A stretch of DNA of 63,836 bases, the filler included, from Squatina squatina (lineage: Eukaryota): assembly GCA_031763465.1 (NCBI GenBank). It is 4 parts of 4 records of this genome, joined end to end, with 100 filler letters (N's around TTAATTAATTAA, not from the genome) between each part and the next. Parts side by side here need not be neighbours in the genome. Positions count along the whole stretch, not along the records: positions 51,521 to 63,836 come from JARFOE010000222.1; 3 more parts are not named here. One strand, given 5' to 3'. Position 1 is the first letter of the stretch. Every line of letters starts with the position of its first letter. A model generated the notes under the pieces. That model saw only the letters and a list, made by a program, of their open reading frames with translations. It searched no databases and was not told where the DNA came from. Positions 60,966 to 63,836 of the stretch are shown in pieces. The position numbers were made by a program, and so were the translations under genes.

Positions 60966-62044
60966 CTTGTATAAGCACAGGGTGACTCAGTACATTAGAG
61001 ATTTGTAAACTGGGAGCAGAGGAGCGTTTTACCGTTGACCGTCAGGCTGACCTCCCTCTCCCCGGCACCAACTCGCGGTACAACCGCCCTGCACACGTAC
61101 TTCCCAGCATCCTCCTGAGCGACGGCCTTTAGAGTCATGATGTTGTCATTGCTGAGAACCTAAAGGAAGCAGGGTGAGAGGTCAGAGTCCATGACGGGAG
61201 CGTTGCAGCGTATTCACAGGACCGTGGGAAACGCCAGCGGTAACTCTCCATCGCTCCCTCTGGGGCATCTCCTCAGCGATGGGCTGAGGCTGAGGCCTGC
61301 GTGTGAAGCTAAAACAGAAAATGCTGCAAAGACACAGCAGGCCCATCAGCATCTGAAAGAAATATGACAGGTCGTGAGCCTTCACTGCCCTCAGACGCCA
61401 CCCTCACTTCCTCATTCAGATGCTGACGGATCCATCGTCCACGTTCCACCTTTTCTGCGGCCCATTTCCCAGTTTTTCTTTCTGACTCCCGTTTGCCGGC
61501 ACAGGACGGTGCTGCAACATCACCACTCGCCACTATGCGGTGCTGCTTGCTCAGGTTTCAAGCCATCAGTGAACCAGCGAAAGGACAGGTGAAGAGCACC
61601 AGGGACCAGGCCACATGGCAGAGGGGGCTGGGGTATTATGGACCTCCATCTCACACTGGGAAGAGTCACTGAGGCTAAGATTTCTGAGCTCAGAGGAGGG
61701 GACAGGATTTTGGGGAAGAGACTGGTTCTGTTTCGGATTGCCAACAACATCCCCACTAAGATGTGCGGCCACGCAGCTGCCTGGAGGCCCGGCGTAGCCC
61801 GGGACTGGTTTTACAAATGGAAGATTTAGCCACGCAGCCCATTAAAGAGACCGCGTCTCAATGAATTTGGGGGAAAATTGGTTGCTAATCCCCCAGGATT
61901 ATCCTGACGTCTCCAGGAATTGAAGATTAATCTCACGGAAACTGCCGTGAGCAACACAGGAGAAAAATCATAGGGACCTAAAAAAAAATACATTTTTTTT
62001 CTTCATTTTCTTTCAAACACTTGTTTATTGGTAAAACATTCAGA

Positions 62045-62250
62045 GAATCATAGAATGGTACAGCACAGAAGGAGGCCATTCAGCCCATCATTCCCATGCT
62101 GGGTCTTTGAAAAAGCTGTCCTGTTAGTCCCACTCCCCCATATCTCAGCAAGTATTTCCTTTCCCAGTATTTATCTAATTGCCTTTTGAAAGTCACTGTT
62201 GAATCTGCTTCCACCGCCCTTTCAGGCAGTGCATTCCAGATCACAACAAT
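62045..62250 (-). mobile_element. CR1 LINE 3' fragment
   Basis: AGAATCATAGAATGGTACAGCACAGAAGGAGGCCATTCAGCCC and GAATCTGCTTCCACCGCCCTTTCAGGCAGTGCATTCCAGATC. Confidence 0.8.
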
Positions 62251-63836
62251 TAACTGTTGTTAGAAAGTATTGCTTTTCAATGAGCAATTGAGATTCTGAT
62301 AGAAGACCTCCAGTGAAAGTAGACAGAAAGTCCGTCATGTAGTAAATTCATCTAATTACTACATTTGCACCTGCCACTTCAACTCTGCAAAGGAACCCAT
62401 AACTGCTCTGTATTATTACCCTAAACCAGTTGTACTCGAGAGTTCCACAGCATTAACACTATAACTTAAGAGGGTGACATACAGAACTGAATGTCTGATT
62501 TCAGTTCCACCCAACAGCAATTTGAAAAAGCATCAACTTTATTTTTGAAGTAACAATTCAAAATTTAATGTTATACATCACAGAACACTGTAGATAAAAA
62601 GATAGCACAAATGCCAAACAAGCCAATTCTCCCATCCGATGGGATGTCCTTGTTAGAACTGATGAATGTGGTTAACCTGACATGCCCTTACGCTAAACCG
62701 TCTGCTGATGGTGACTACGCAAATCCTGAATGAGCTTTTGGTGCTTCAGCCTGGGGGAATTATTCTCTTTAGTCGAAAGAGATGCAAGAGTGGGGAGATT
62801 GGCACGGCAGAGCATTCTTCCTCGTCGAGAGAGAATGTTTTGGTTTGTACATAAAGCAGCAACTTCAAAGACTCCCCATGTTGCGTCTGTAAGCAAGAGA
62901 AAANNNNNNNNNNNNNNNNNNNNNNNNNNNNNNNNNNNNNNNNNNNNNNNNNNNNNNNNNNNNNNNNNNNNNNNNNNNNNNNNNNNNNNNNNNNNNNNNN
63001 NNNTGTTCTGTGAATCATCTTAAAACAATAATTAAAACCTATTTTTGTACCAGCGTGACATTAATCAAGAAATAAATCTTAAATGTGCTCTTATAATTTT
63101 TTTTTATAAACCAAACGGTATTCTCTGAAAAGGTTGTCAGTTTCCAAAAGGAATAATTCTCCTCACAGAAAAGCAATCTCGTCAAAAGGCTGAAATTGCC
63201 ACACAAACAACAGACAAGGGCAGCTAACAAAGTTGATCCTAAAAGGCGTTATGACTTAATGAATTTCCGCGTAAATCAGCGGACAATGGAATGTAAAAAT
63301 GAAATATCCACTTTTTTTTGTCGTTCAGCGAAGTGATTAAAAAAAATCTGGCAGCCACGCGTCACTGGAGGAGGAGTTCAACTTGGAGGTAACCGCCTGT
63401 CAAGTCCAACATCTCCTTGTAGCCAGGAGCTAAGAATGGAGTTTAGAATAATTGCGCTTGTATATTATGCTGAGGAACATTCTTTCGAGCAGAGTACCCA
63501 GTGCCGCGTACCAGCCCAAATACCCTAAACTGTGTCCTTGCACTGAACTTTCACCTTGCGAACCCGTCCAGACTTCATTGTCTAAGAGTTACAAAAACAC
63601 ACAAAGCTTTTCCTCTTTACCTCTCTCGCCTACCCTCGTGTGCTGCGGTCTGGAAACCCGTTACTTTTCGGCTTGTTTTTCACGCGGGCCCTTTTGCTTT
63701 GAAAGCGAAATGGGAAGGGAGACGCAGATAATTGGCAGTTTGGGCAAAAGAAGATTACAGAACATAATCTTCATCTTAATGCTATCTGTTAGTGTTTGTG
63801 TGGTGGGGGTGGTGGGAGAGCGGGAGTTAGGGTGAA

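Overview
Vertebrate genomic DNA, almost certainly from a cartilaginous fish (shark), judged from the CR1/L2 LINEs, SacSINE1-like DeuSINEs, Penelope tails and Harbinger remnants. The window is not one locus. Three artificial N44-TTAATTAATTAA-N44 spacers join four scaffolds: A 1-21988, B 22089-36687, C 36788-51420 and D 51521-63836. A holds one MAM-domain exon among transposon debris. B holds exons of an NME5-like gene, ROBO1 (+) and a ROBO2-like gene (-). D holds most of PPP1R3A (-). The main discovery is in gapless contig C: the 3' half of a decayed endogenous foamy virus (spumaretrovirus) on the minus strand. It comprises the integrase C-terminal half, a near-complete env (leader, SU, TM, membrane anchor), a candidate PPT and a candidate U3/accessory region. 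It is interrupted by two Penelope pieces, a two-gene Harbinger element and a second LTR element. That second element has a tRNA-Ser PBS and two tandem paralogous ORFs. A 33-bp satellite replaces the provirus 5' half. The Penelope tails carry minimal hammerhead-ribozyme cores. All homology calls come from manual comparison with remembered protein or repeat consensus sequences; no searches were run.
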